A stretch of 64,000 nt of DNA from an uncultured Myxococcales bacterium (GCA_964540815.1 CAZIOH010000007.1:43867-107866), one strand, 5' to 3'; shown: positions 36,001 through 44,896, counted from the first letter of the stretch. Notes: a model not told the origin generated them from the sequence alone. A program made the numbers and translations.

Positions 36001-36254
36001 GTTACGCGGCCCTCGTATAGGATCACGGCGTCCCGGCATACCGCCTGGTAGCTTTCAAGAAGTTCAACAAGATCTTCCGGATCGAGTCTCTTGGATAGAC
36101 CGATCGAGTTGACGAGATCGCAAAAAAGGAAGGTGAGCGAACGCCGTTCACTCTCGAGGAGCCGCGTCCTTAGCGCCATTCCACAGGTGGCGCAGAACCG
36201 TGCTCCAGGCTGGATCGCGGCGCTACATCCTCTGCAAGACCCACTCGAATCCAT
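33018..36254 (-). CDS. Multidomain signalling ATPase: double zinc ribbon, class III adenylate/guanylate cyclase, AAA/NB-ARC ATPase and TPR
   Basis: CRGCSAAIQPGARFCATCG. Cyclase catalytic motifs FLFCDLVNS, GDGVVAFFG, RVGLHTGEAVVG. Walker A GEAGIGKS. Long TPR-like C-terminus. Stop overlaps the start of 32069..33034 by 17 nt. Confidence 0.8.
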   Translation of the reverse strand: MDSSGSCRGCSAAIQPGARFCATCGMALRTRLLESERRSLTFLFCDLVNSIGLSKRLDPEDLVELLESYQAVCRDAVILYEGRVTQFLGDGVVAFFGYPIAHEDDEVRATRAALRVVEDIKVVNQGIGKRLGVELHIRVGLHTGEAVVGQLGPSGSSQLLAVGENVNLAARIQSVAAPDTVVVSLATVKQIEGHFQVEALDPQSLKGFDEMVELFRIVAATGARTKLEAAARGQLTPRVGREREMALLASSWAEVQAGMFRVLLVRGEAGIGKSRLIHDFRQSALASGAEVMECFCSRLTDRAALAPIIEMLSAQVSKRAGDQTTPQAKLAALDDILREQGCSDEEVLPLMSSLFSIPGADEEPIRDLSPGRRRTRTLETIRSWLGSYARRSPVAFLVEDIHWADPSTLDLLDLIINEGSDGRTLICATARPEFRDRWLKPHVRTLDLPRLSGDAAEAIVTHVAGAHALQGLLVRQIVERSEGVPLFVEEVTKAVVESGAMPIANRNELEHSSDGEFVPATVQASIVARFDRLGEGRLVAQFGATIGREFVYPLVRAVTGMSDAELGRHLDRLCHSELVVSDGEPPNAVYTFKHALIQVAIRNTVLRKDRAVLHEKVFAKLRDELPELVEALPEMAAYHAEKAGLPGVAVPLLQEAGMRAFGRTAMAEAAKHLGHAIELVDALSEPARTTTEMELQATIGPAYMATLGWAVSQVERSSERLRDLATACGDVARLYQATWSLWTVYFLRGQLDPALEVAHQVLAMAVKSGDPLLRVTGHHAVGFTHERRGEYAEAIRHADEGLALFDLERERRIVTQFVFSSTCAILWFRGQSQLATGQVKDGIESLSRAAELVDELRHAPSRCFLLSQQCWSLADEDIGKVQRLAQSMRSLAIVEGFALWVHYADIFLAWAAARQHGDAAAAVDKIRAAMAQMHKDRSHVQDNELATILAETLLLAGRPEEAFGALEETLAAARRGQQRHLEAELFRFQGEAAKDMGDLSRAMTFYRQAIDSARSVGARLLELRASLGLARIGGARERAQLKTVFEGFTEGFDHIDMKKASAFLMARATGGELDVLRA

Positions 36255-36514
36255 TGGTCCGCCTCCCTACACGTTGCATCGCGTGATCCAGTAAGCGTAA
36301 GTAACATAAGGTGAGACAGAAACCAAGGGCGCGAATCGACGGATCCAGGGCATGGGACGCCCGCCCGTTCGGGAGTGTCTCCGGACCATGGGAACTGGCA
36401 GCTCATTCGCTCCCTGTGGACAACATCGTGATCCGCGTGAAATCAGGAGACAATTTCGCGAGACTAAGGTGGCCTCGAGAGCACAGGAAATTTGACCCAG
36501 GCTGCCCATTCTAG

Positions 36515-36600
36515 GCTCCCCTTTCGACTATCCGAGGCTCCGAACAGAACGGTCGAGATCGGCCTTTTGAAACCGCCGATTAGAAATCTTGGACGAAGCC
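36515..36600. repeat. Dispersed repeat element, copy B (5' half)
   Basis: cctttcgactatccgaggctccgaacagaacggtcgagatcggccttttgaaaccgccgattag matches copy A 22845-22900. Confidence 0.5.
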
Positions 36601-36728
36601 GCTTCGCGGGCTCTGCGGTGAGCGGATCCCAAGACGAACGAAAGACGGGTGCTGTCGTGTCAGCCCCACCCAACCGCTGATGGAGATGCCCAATCGATGG
36701 TCGTTGGGCGGCGTGGTAAGAGTTCACC

Positions 36729-37883
36729 GTGTCGCGAATGGGAGTGGCGCGGTCGGCGCTGATGGTTGGCCTGGTGACGTTGTTCTGGCTGAGGGCAGCC
36801 AGTGGCCAAGCGGACGATCGAGACGAATCCCTCGTGCGCGATGGAGTGCGGCTGCGGCGAGAGGGCAAGGACCAGGCCGCCTTGGCGGTGTTCCGGGCGG
36901 CATGGCGGGTCAAGCCCACACCGCGTGCTCTTGCGCAAATCGGCTTGGCTGAACTGGCGTTGGGGGACTGGGTGGCGGCCGACCATGACATCGAGTCGGC
37001 CCTCGAGAGCAAGGCCGATCCGTGGATTGCCAAGAACTTCAAGAGCTTGTCTGAATCGCTGGACGCGGTCCAGGGACACCTCGGTCGTCTACAGGTACTC
37101 GGATCACCCGTCGGGGCCATTGTGAGACTCGACGGGAGGAAAGCCGGCTCGCTGCCGATGCCGGAGCCCGCCAGCGTCCCCACGGGCGAGGTTGCAATCT
37201 CGGTAAGCGCTCCCAGCTACATTTCCATAATCCGGAGGGTTACCATTCCCAGTCCCGGCCTCGTGGTCCGGGAGACCATCAACCTGCAACGTGCCGATCC
37301 TGCGACTGACGTTGCCGTTACCTCGCCCCGACTGGAGCCGGGACCTCTCCCAGCGGCAGGGGAACCGCTCACCGCCTTCCGCCCGCCTCCGCCCCGCACC
37401 ATCTCGGCCGCCGAGTCGGCGCGTCAGTCTGAGGAACCAGCGACTGCGCGGACCATGTCCGACGTTGAACCGGTTCCGGCGGAAGGCCAAGAATCTGTCT
37501 GGCCCTGGCAAAAGACCTCCGCGGTGGTGGCGGGCGGAATGGGCGTTCTGTTCCTGGGGGGCGGGATCGGGGCTCAACTTCTGAGTGACTCGAGGAACAG
37601 GGATTTCAACCAGGTTACCGACGCGCCAAACGCGACCGGCCTGTGCAACCGGAAGCTTGACCATTCGGGGGGGGGGCCTTGCTCCGAGCTGCTCGATGAT
37701 GGGAATCGTTTTCATACGGCAGCGGTGATCGGATTCGCCGGCGCGGGCGCCGCGCTCGCAAGCTCGGTGTTGTTCTACTTCATGATCCCCTCTCGGCCCG
37801 ATGAGGCACACCTCACGGCGTTGGCTTTCTGTCAGGTTCCAGGAGAGAGGAGCACGTTATGCGCGCTTTCGGTGAGGTTCTGA
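36729..37883 (+). CDS. Secreted TPR-like plus PEGA-domain protein with C-terminal TM segment
   Basis: Signal peptide MVGLVTLFWLRAASGQA. PEGA-like GAIVRLDGRKAGSLPM...PTGEVAISV. C-terminal hydrophobic stretch. Paralog of 54505..55698. Confidence 0.65.
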   Translation: MSRMGVARSALMVGLVTLFWLRAASGQADDRDESLVRDGVRLRREGKDQAALAVFRAAWRVKPTPRALAQIGLAELALGDWVAADHDIESALESKADPWIAKNFKSLSESLDAVQGHLGRLQVLGSPVGAIVRLDGRKAGSLPMPEPASVPTGEVAISVSAPSYISIIRRVTIPSPGLVVRETINLQRADPATDVAVTSPRLEPGPLPAAGEPLTAFRPPPPRTISAAESARQSEEPATARTMSDVEPVPAEGQESVWPWQKTSAVVAGGMGVLFLGGGIGAQLLSDSRNRDFNQVTDAPNATGLCNRKLDHSGGGPCSELLDDGNRFHTAAVIGFAGAGAALASSVLFYFMIPSRPDEAHLTALAFCQVPGERSTLCALSVRF

Positions 37884-39511
37884 AGCTCGCGCGACCGAGA
37901 GGCGGGGGGACCAAGCGTGAGGCGTCCGCCCTTTCCCGTATCGATTGGTTGACGATTCCCGTGTTCCTCGCGGTGGTATCGGGTGGTGGCGGACCTGCTT
38001 GCACCTCACCCCGTTCGCAGGATCCGGCGATCGGAGGGATCGACGGAGCATCCGACTCTTACCCGCCACCGGACCACGCGATGTTCGGAACGGGCCGTTC
38101 ACCTTCGCCCGTCGACGCCGACCTGGGTACCAACACGCCGTCTCTCGGTGACGGTGACGGCGCCTCCGATCGCCCACCGCCGACCGGCAACGCACGGTCG
38201 AACGAAGCAAGCACCGGTGGCGTGTCTGGCGGCGGGTCGCCCTTCAAGGGGACGGGTGGGTCTTCGGGAGGTACGGGCGGGCCGCAAGCGACCGACACGG
38301 GCGGGACACGCGAGGCCACCGGCGGCTCGTCTGCCGGCACCGGGGGCAGGCCGGCAAACGCCACGGGCGGCGGCGCCGATACAGGCACAGGGGGCAGCCC
38401 AGCCACAACCTGCGCGGCAGGTAGCCACGATTGCGGCGGCGTGTGCATGGCCAGCGACAGCACGGCAAGTTGCGGCGCATCCTGTGTGGCTTGTCCGTCG
38501 GCTCCCACCGGCGGCACGGCGACTTGCGATGGAAAGACCTGTGGATATCTCTGCACAGCAGGTTCCCACCTATGTAACGGCGCGTGCGGGTCGAACAACG
38601 CGCTCGCCACCTGCGGGTCGTCGTGCACGCCATGCTCTGTGCCCGCGAACGGCTCCGCCACCTGCGACGGCACGTCGTGTGGGTTCACCTGCAATCCGGG
38701 GTTTCATGCCTGCGTCACAGGTTGCGTGTCGAACGCCAGTGCAAACAGTTGCGGCGCATCGTCTTGCTCTCCATGCGTGCCCCCCCCGAATAGCACCGCC
38801 ACCTGTGACGGGTTCGGGTGCGGTTTCGTGTGCTCAACGGGCTATACCAACTGCCCTGGGTCCGCGGGATGTCAGAACCTCTCTACCGACCTGATGAACT
38901 GTAGCGTATGTGGCGCGGTCTGCCCTCAACCCGCGTCTGGTTGGGGGTCGGCTGTCTGCGGCGCCCAAGGCTGCGACGTCTCGTGCGCGGCAGGATACTC
39001 CAGATGTACCGGGAGTCCGAGTGGATGCGGAAGGTCGAGCTGGGGATTCGATGACGGTACCACCCAGGAATTTTCGCCCTCCACCGTCCCGGGGCAGGGG
39101 CTGGCGGGATCGATTTCGTCGACGAGCGCTCGGTTCCACAGCGGCGGCAGGTCCCTTGCGATACCGGTCAAAGTCAGCGGGCCGACCGTGCGCGGGTTCA
39201 CAGTTTCCTCGACTTTCTGCAGCCCGGCGGGGGGGTTCTTACCTGCAACGGGAAAGACCGTGAGCATGTGGTTGTACATGGACGGGCCCGCCTTGCCTGC
39301 GGGCACCATCGTCACGAGTTACCTTTGGTGGAAAGATGCGAACAACACGGAATCGCCCAGCATATTGCCAACGACGGGCAGTTGGTTCCAGGTGACGACG
39401 CCCGCTGACACCAGTGGGACCGAAGTCAGCGCGGTGGGAATCTGGGCCTCTTTTGGTGACACGGGCGACTGGTCAGGCACCGTCTACGTCGACGACATCG
39501 TCTTCAGGTGA
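37859..39511 (+). CDS. Secreted Gly/Thr-rich, cysteine-rich repeat protein with C-terminal CBM-like beta-sandwich domain
   Basis: Repeats C.AGSH.C.G.C....ALATCG.SC..C (about 10 units). C-terminal GTVYVDDIVFR shared with the lipoprotein family at 45947, 55680 and 56477. Start uncertain. Confidence 0.55.
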   Translation: MRAFGEVLKLARPRGGGTKREASALSRIDWLTIPVFLAVVSGGGGPACTSPRSQDPAIGGIDGASDSYPPPDHAMFGTGRSPSPVDADLGTNTPSLGDGDGASDRPPPTGNARSNEASTGGVSGGGSPFKGTGGSSGGTGGPQATDTGGTREATGGSSAGTGGRPANATGGGADTGTGGSPATTCAAGSHDCGGVCMASDSTASCGASCVACPSAPTGGTATCDGKTCGYLCTAGSHLCNGACGSNNALATCGSSCTPCSVPANGSATCDGTSCGFTCNPGFHACVTGCVSNASANSCGASSCSPCVPPPNSTATCDGFGCGFVCSTGYTNCPGSAGCQNLSTDLMNCSVCGAVCPQPASGWGSAVCGAQGCDVSCAAGYSRCTGSPSGCGRSSWGFDDGTTQEFSPSTVPGQGLAGSISSTSARFHSGGRSLAIPVKVSGPTVRGFTVSSTFCSPAGGFLPATGKTVSMWLYMDGPALPAGTIVTSYLWWKDANNTESPSILPTTGSWFQVTTPADTSGTEVSAVGIWASFGDTGDWSGTVYVDDIVFR

Positions 39512-39783
39512 CCGAGCGCGCTGCCCTCGCCGAGATCGCCAGGAAGCGCTAGATGAGACGATTTCTCCGGGCGCTTGACAACTTCCGGGGCTGGTGACCG
39601 ATGTCTATGAAGATGACGATTGGGCGGCATGGAGCGCCTCGTAACCCGAGCGCTAGAGCGCTTGAAGCGAACAATAGCCGTGACCTGTGGAAGGGTGGAG
39701 GGATCGATGAGCTCAGTGTGGGAATTGGCATTCACGCGTTTGTGGAAGCGTTGGGGACCGCTGGAACGTCTTGGCCCGCAGCG

Positions 39784-41322
39784 ATGAGAAGTGCCGCCCG
39801 ATCAATGGTATTTTGCGTTGCAATTTCGGGCTGCGGTGATTCGTCAACAGCACCCGTTGCGGGGGTTGCCTCCGGCGGAGAGGGACCGGTTGCATCGGCA
39901 GGCGCCGGCGGGAGGATTGACTCGACAGGTTCCGGCGGCACCGGTAGTGGCGGCGCGGCATCCGACGTTGTGAGCACTGGCGGCGCGGCAACCGACGCTG
40001 CCAGCACGGGCGGCGCGGCACCTGGAGGCTCGAGCCCCGCAGTTCGACTGACGCTTTCAACAGAAGGAATTGCGTCGGCGACTGGAAGAGCCGTTCCGGA
40101 TCCGATAGGCACCAGTTGTGGACCGGGGTGCTTCACGTACGGCGAGGGGCAGACCGTGGAAATCGCGGCGGCCGGAGATCAGAGCGCCCTGTTCGCGGCT
40201 TGGAGCGGCGACTGCGTCGGCCATGGTCAAACGTGCACTCTCATCATGTCCGCAGACAAGAGCGCCCACGCTCATTTCAGACCGAACATGAACATCATGT
40301 TCGTCACCGAGAGTACGCTCGTCCCGGCGACCATCGGATCAGACCTAGCCAGGGCTGATAGCTTGTGCGCCGAATCGGCCGCAGCCGCATGGTTGGGCGG
40401 CTCGACGTGGAAGGCGTGGATGGCAACGAGCAGGGCCACCACGAATATCAACGCGGCGACACACGTCGGTCGGTCGACGACGGGCTGGATTCGCACCGAC
40501 GGAAGACCGTTCGCCACGAGCATGGCGAACCTTCTGGCTGGGAAGATTTACTATCCGCCACGGCTCACCGAACGGAACGCCATTCGGTCTGATGAATACG
40601 CGGTGGTCACTGGAGCGGACACGAATGGCGACGCCATTGAGAACGGGACCTGCGGCGACTGGACCTCCTCCGGATCCGCCTACAACGGAGACGTGACAAC
40701 GACGACTTCCAGTTGGACGTTTCAATTCCTTACCGCCGGCGATTCGTGCCGGACAACGAACTATCCAATCTACTGCTTCGAGAACGACAACGACATGATC
40801 GCGGTTCCGGCGCCGGTTGCCCCCGGGAATGTTCGGCGCGCGTTCTTGTCGGAGTCCCTGTGGGTTCCCGGAGGCGGCGTTGCGGCGGCCGACGCGGTCT
40901 GCCAGACGGATGCGATGACGGCTGGTCTCCCGAACGCGGCCGACTACCGTGCCCTGCTGACCACGTCTGTTGCCGCAACTGATCCGTCCCGCATCAACCT
41001 GGCCGGCCAACCCTGGGCTCGCCTGGACGACGCGCAGCTCGTTGCGACGGCTACCGACCTGGCAGCCCCTACAGCGGACAAGTTGCTCACTTCCCTGAAT
41101 GTCGGTCCGAGCGGAGGCTACATCGCTAACTTTGCCGCCTGGACCGGAACCGCTGCGACTCCTTCGATCAACAACCCGGGGCTCAACTGCAACAACTGGA
41201 CGTCCGGCTCTCCCAGCGTGTCTTCTGGGTGGGGATTGGCCAACGGATCCTCGCCGGCGTGGTGGGCGGGAAACATGCAAGCCTGCAACACTCCGTCGGC
41301 ACTGTACTGCTTCGAGCGATAA
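39784..41322 (+). CDS. Lipoprotein with a Gly/Ser/Thr linker and two homologous ~180-aa domains each ending in (P)(I/L)YCFE
   Basis: MRSAARSMVFCVAISGCG lipobox. Domain ends ...SCRTTNYPIYCFEND and ...ACNTPSALYCFER. Start at 39784 preferred over 39601. Confidence 0.6.
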   Translation: MRSAARSMVFCVAISGCGDSSTAPVAGVASGGEGPVASAGAGGRIDSTGSGGTGSGGAASDVVSTGGAATDAASTGGAAPGGSSPAVRLTLSTEGIASATGRAVPDPIGTSCGPGCFTYGEGQTVEIAAAGDQSALFAAWSGDCVGHGQTCTLIMSADKSAHAHFRPNMNIMFVTESTLVPATIGSDLARADSLCAESAAAAWLGGSTWKAWMATSRATTNINAATHVGRSTTGWIRTDGRPFATSMANLLAGKIYYPPRLTERNAIRSDEYAVVTGADTNGDAIENGTCGDWTSSGSAYNGDVTTTTSSWTFQFLTAGDSCRTTNYPIYCFENDNDMIAVPAPVAPGNVRRAFLSESLWVPGGGVAAADAVCQTDAMTAGLPNAADYRALLTTSVAATDPSRINLAGQPWARLDDAQLVATATDLAAPTADKLLTSLNVGPSGGYIANFAAWTGTAATPSINNPGLNCNNWTSGSPSVSSGWGLANGSSPAWWAGNMQACNTPSALYCFER

Positions 41323-42289
41323 GCTTGCAGGCGATAGCGCTTCGGCAGGAGGCGGGCCTCGACCCATCGAACCCTGCGCGAGATCCCGTACCCGATCGCA
41401 CTCTCTCAGCCTCCCCCACCACCACCCTGTCCCGTGCCTCCGGCCCCTCCGAAACCCCTTCGAAGAACGGTGAAGTTCCCGTCCTCCACTTTGACCCACG
41501 ACTGGAGCGGCCGGTGGACCAAGATTCCCGAGAAGATACCTTCGATGGGTTCACCCACGGCACCACTTCGGATGATCTGAATCGTGCAACAATCCGCCGA
41601 TCCGGCGCTGTTTGAATCTCTGGCACCGGCATCGAGATTGAGGTACTGGATCCCGGGGCATGCGTAAGTTCCTCGCGCCAGCGCCGGAAGGAAAATCTTG
41701 ATGCTGCCGTCGAAGCTGTAGCCGGCCACACCGGACGGATTCACATCGAAGCGCGTGAAAGACCGGGCGAATCCGTTCAACGTGGCCGTCATCGATTCCT
41801 CGGGACCCGCGGGCTGACCAAATTCGGCATCTCCTGCCGGACCCGACGGAAGATTCTCGCCCGCCGGCCGAGAAAGGAAGGCGGGAGGAACGCAGGACTC
41901 TGGCCAAGGCGCCGTGGTGATGGTGCCCCCGCCCGCACCTCCTCCCCAAGCGCTTCGTCAAGATCGCGCCAGACCTGACCTGGTCGGTGCTCCTCCTCGT
42001 CCTGACGGAGACGATCTCACCCTCTGTCCGACTGTCACCAGCCCACCATGGTTCGACAGACCTTGCCACCTACCCGCCGGCCCCCGACCCATCCGGCTCA
42101 TCAACCGGCTCATCCATGACCACCCTCATCGCGACGCTCGAACCTGCCGGTGGCGCTGCGGGGAGAGCTTTGCCCGAAGCCTGCCATCTGTGGCCTGCCA
42201 GGCCGCCAGACACCGCGCTATACGGCCTCACGCGGCGGCTCGCTCGCGCTCCCCGCCTTCCTCGGTCCCACTCACGAAAACCTATCTCT

Positions 42290-42350
42290 TCGTCAACTTT
42301 GCCCGCCATTTGGCTGAATCCGGCCAGGAGATTGGACCGATCTGGCGGGC
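42290..42350. repeat. Dispersed repeat element, copy C (3' half), abutting the truncated SDR gene
   Basis: ctttgcccgccatttggctgaatccggccaggagattggaccgatctggcggg matches copy A 22910-22968. Confidence 0.5.
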
Positions 42351-42528
42351 ATCGCCGCTGCCTGGGCGCCGGCGCGCTCCAGCTCGGCGACGATGGCGTC
42401 GAGCCGCTCCTTGCGACAGGCACCCAGGAAGACCTTCGCCCCCTTGGCGGCCAGGTGGCGAGCGGTGGCCACGCCGAGCCTCTGCTCGCTCCCGTGATCA
42501 CGACGACCTTTCCTGCGATGTTCGACAT
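42349..42528 (-). pseudogene. N-terminal fragment of an SDR oxidoreductase, truncated at the repeat element
   Basis: Reverse strand from 42528 reads MSNIAGKVVVITGAS, then frame-shifted SEQRLGVATARHLAAKGAKVFLGACRKERLDAIVAELERAGAQ. Coding ends at about 42349 where repeat copy C begins. Confidence 0.5.
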
Positions 42529-43165
42529 GGTTGGTCTCGCTTCCTGCTGGCCGCGTGGCCCTAATTTGATGGTCTCAACCTACGCCCGCGCACGCACTGG
42601 CGAAACCCACACGAGCCGCATGGGGCGCTTCACGCTGAGCGAGCAACTGTTCAAGGACGCCGGAGACATTGCCCGATACTTGCGCCACCTGGGCCTTCCC
42701 ACCGACGCATCACCGCCTTCACCCGCCCGTGGGCCACCCTTCTGGCAGAGGACCGTCTTGCGCCGCCGCCACCGGGAAGGACACCGTCTGCCCTCCGGGG
42801 CAAAGACCGTCCCGGCCTCCTCCCGTTCGCATCGTTCGGTCGCCCCGGGTCCCGTTCGGGCCCCGAACCAAAGCTTCCTTCCGCCACGACCCCGCCCCAC
42901 AGGGCCTTTGTATCGCCTCCGTCCCCGCGTTCTCGAGAAGGTTTGGAACGACGCCGACGCAACGTCGAGAACGAGCTGTTGCTCTACGACTTCTTTCGGC
43001 GCGAGGAGGGGTCTACCCCCGAGCGCCCCACTCATCGTCTGTAAGGACCTACATGCATCAGTTCATTGTGGCTGATTTCAGCCGAGATCGCGTCGTTGAG
43101 GGCCGCCGATCATGGATTGAAGTTCCACGGCTTACCGAGTAAGAGCAGGGAAGGAAGGACTCCCG

Positions 43166-44167
43166 ATGCCTGGCCCTGGATTTCCGGCAGCCCGAATTGG
43201 CGACCCCGTCACGCATGACGGGCTGGTCCCCTCAGGTATCATTGGACCGCAGCTCCCGGTACCTTGCCCACAATGCGGGACGCGGCCGGTCCTGGTCGAA
43301 GGGATGGCTGCTGCGCACGTGGGCGTGTCTTGTGTCTGCTCGGGGGCGACCTCGGTCGGGATAGCCCATCCGCCGCCACCGCCAGGGATCCCTCCGGCCC
43401 CCATCGCGACAGGTTCAGCGTCGGTCTTCATCCATGGGATGCCGGCCGCACGCTGGATCCCGAGCGGCGATCTGGGCGCCTGCGGAGTCTTCCTGGGGGA
43501 CGCCAAGCTGTCCGCTGGTCGGACCGTGTTCATCGGCGGTCCGGGTATGGGAATCGAGCCTGATGGCAGCTTCGTGACTCGGTACAGTCTCGTCATCACG
43601 ATCGCAGGTCCCCCTGAATTCCAGGCCACGGTCGTCAGCCGATTGGACCTCATCTCGACCACGAAGAGTGGGCGCACGGTCCTCGGACGAATCAACGCGA
43701 GCGGCAAGTCGATGAAGATCGTCAAGTACGACGGAGACAACAGCTTCTGCGGGCCGAACAATACCCTCTCCGATATTGCCGGACAGACACCAAAAGGAAA
43801 GCCCGTCTTTGACGGCCGCGGCAAGCCCGTCGAGGGACCGGATGGCAAGACTCAACTACTGGGAACGGGGGCGGGTGCAAACACCACACTCGAGCTGAAT
43901 CCGGATCTTACCCTGAAGAACCCACTCGCCCCTGAGAATCCCCTTCCGAATGACGCAATCCTGATGCACGAACTGAACCACGGCGCGCACCAGATGAGCG
44001 GTCAGGCGGACATGTCACCTCTCGGCGGCGGGTGGACGACTCAGGAGGAGAAGACGACGATTCTCGATGGGGATCCATCCGAGGCAGACTACTTGAAGGA
44101 GCGCGGCTATCCCTACCACCGGATCAATCATGGTCGTGGGTTCGCGCCGAATGATGATTCGCCTTGA
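43166..44167 (+). CDS. PAAR-domain protein with C-terminal HExxH zinc-metallopeptidase-like toxin domain (T6SS-type spike effector)
   Basis: Two literal PAAR motifs (FPAARIGDPVTHDG; GMPAARWIPSGDLGACG). C-terminal ILMHELNHGAHQM. Confidence 0.75.
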   Translation: MPGPGFPAARIGDPVTHDGLVPSGIIGPQLPVPCPQCGTRPVLVEGMAAAHVGVSCVCSGATSVGIAHPPPPPGIPPAPIATGSASVFIHGMPAARWIPSGDLGACGVFLGDAKLSAGRTVFIGGPGMGIEPDGSFVTRYSLVITIAGPPEFQATVVSRLDLISTTKSGRTVLGRINASGKSMKIVKYDGDNSFCGPNNTLSDIAGQTPKGKPVFDGRGKPVEGPDGKTQLLGTGAGANTTLELNPDLTLKNPLAPENPLPNDAILMHELNHGAHQMSGQADMSPLGGGWTTQEEKTTILDGDPSEADYLKERGYPYHRINHGRGFAPNDDSP

Positions 44168-44176
44168 GCCGACGCG

Positions 44177-44896
44177 ATGAGGTCGGCCATCCTGATCGTC
44201 GCGGCATGGTTCGTGTTTGCTGACCTCGGTCAGTCCATGATTTTCAACTTCAGCGCGGAGGCAGCTCCCATGCAACCCGATTCGTCGACAAATTCACCCG
44301 CGAAGCTCGATTGTTCGTTCGATGTCGCGTCCGGTCAGTACCTCAGGGTCAAGGTGAAGCTCATCAATCAAGGCGCGGTCGACTTGTTCGTCCTCAATCA
44401 CCTCTGGAAGCTGAACTCGCAGAGTAGCGACGTTGATGATCCCGAACACGTCTACCGCTTTGTGCGCAACTCGGAGTTGCGGCTCTTGTGGGGGATTGCT
44501 CCGCTGCCCCGGCTCAAGTCAACGCTCTACCGAAATACTCCTTACGCGACCGCTGTGAGACCAAGGTCTTCGCTCGAGTGGGACTATTCGACGAAGATTC
44601 CCGTCTCGGAATACAACGTGTATTTTGCAGGCTCTCATGGCGGCCCCTTTCAGGCCTCGATGGTCGAGCGCGTGGTTGTGATCGTCGAAGTCATAGAAGC
44701 GAAGTCCGGTGTTCTGACGAAGCCTTCCGGGCTTGGTTCTTCGGTCGAAGTCACTGATTCCGATGCCGTCGAGTCTCGCAAGTCCATTGTCTGTGCTTCT
44801 GGGGCGATCGAGCTCGCGACCTTGAGACGAACCGATCAGTTCAGTCGCCTCGACATGCCAAATGAAGCGCCTGAGCCGCTACACCTGGCTCCCTGA
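44177..44896 (+). CDS. Putative cognate immunity protein of the PAAR-HExxH effector
   Basis: Starts 9 nt after the effector stop, same strand. N-terminal hydrophobic signal/anchor MRSAILIVAAWFVFADLG. Lower GC. Confidence 0.5.
   Translation: MRSAILIVAAWFVFADLGQSMIFNFSAEAAPMQPDSSTNSPAKLDCSFDVASGQYLRVKVKLINQGAVDLFVLNHLWKLNSQSSDVDDPEHVYRFVRNSELRLLWGIAPLPRLKSTLYRNTPYATAVRPRSSLEWDYSTKIPVSEYNVYFAGSHGGPFQASMVERVVVIVEVIEAKSGVLTKPSGLGSSVEVTDSDAVESRKSIVCASGAIELATLRRTDQFSRLDMPNEAPEPLHLAP

Noticed and set aside
36395-36412. tggcagctcattcgct upstream of the PEGA gene, considered as a sigma54 promoter
   Set aside because: Only a partial match (TGGCAG-N5-TCGC), located 320 nt from the start codon. Too weak to call.
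41406-41792. 128-aa minus-strand ORF (MTATLNGFARSFTRFDVNPSG... with poly-Gly tail)
   Set aside because: Sits in a decayed stretch between the lipoprotein gene and the truncated SDR. Poly-Gly tail and no recognisable fold. Not reported as a gene, possibly a fragment.
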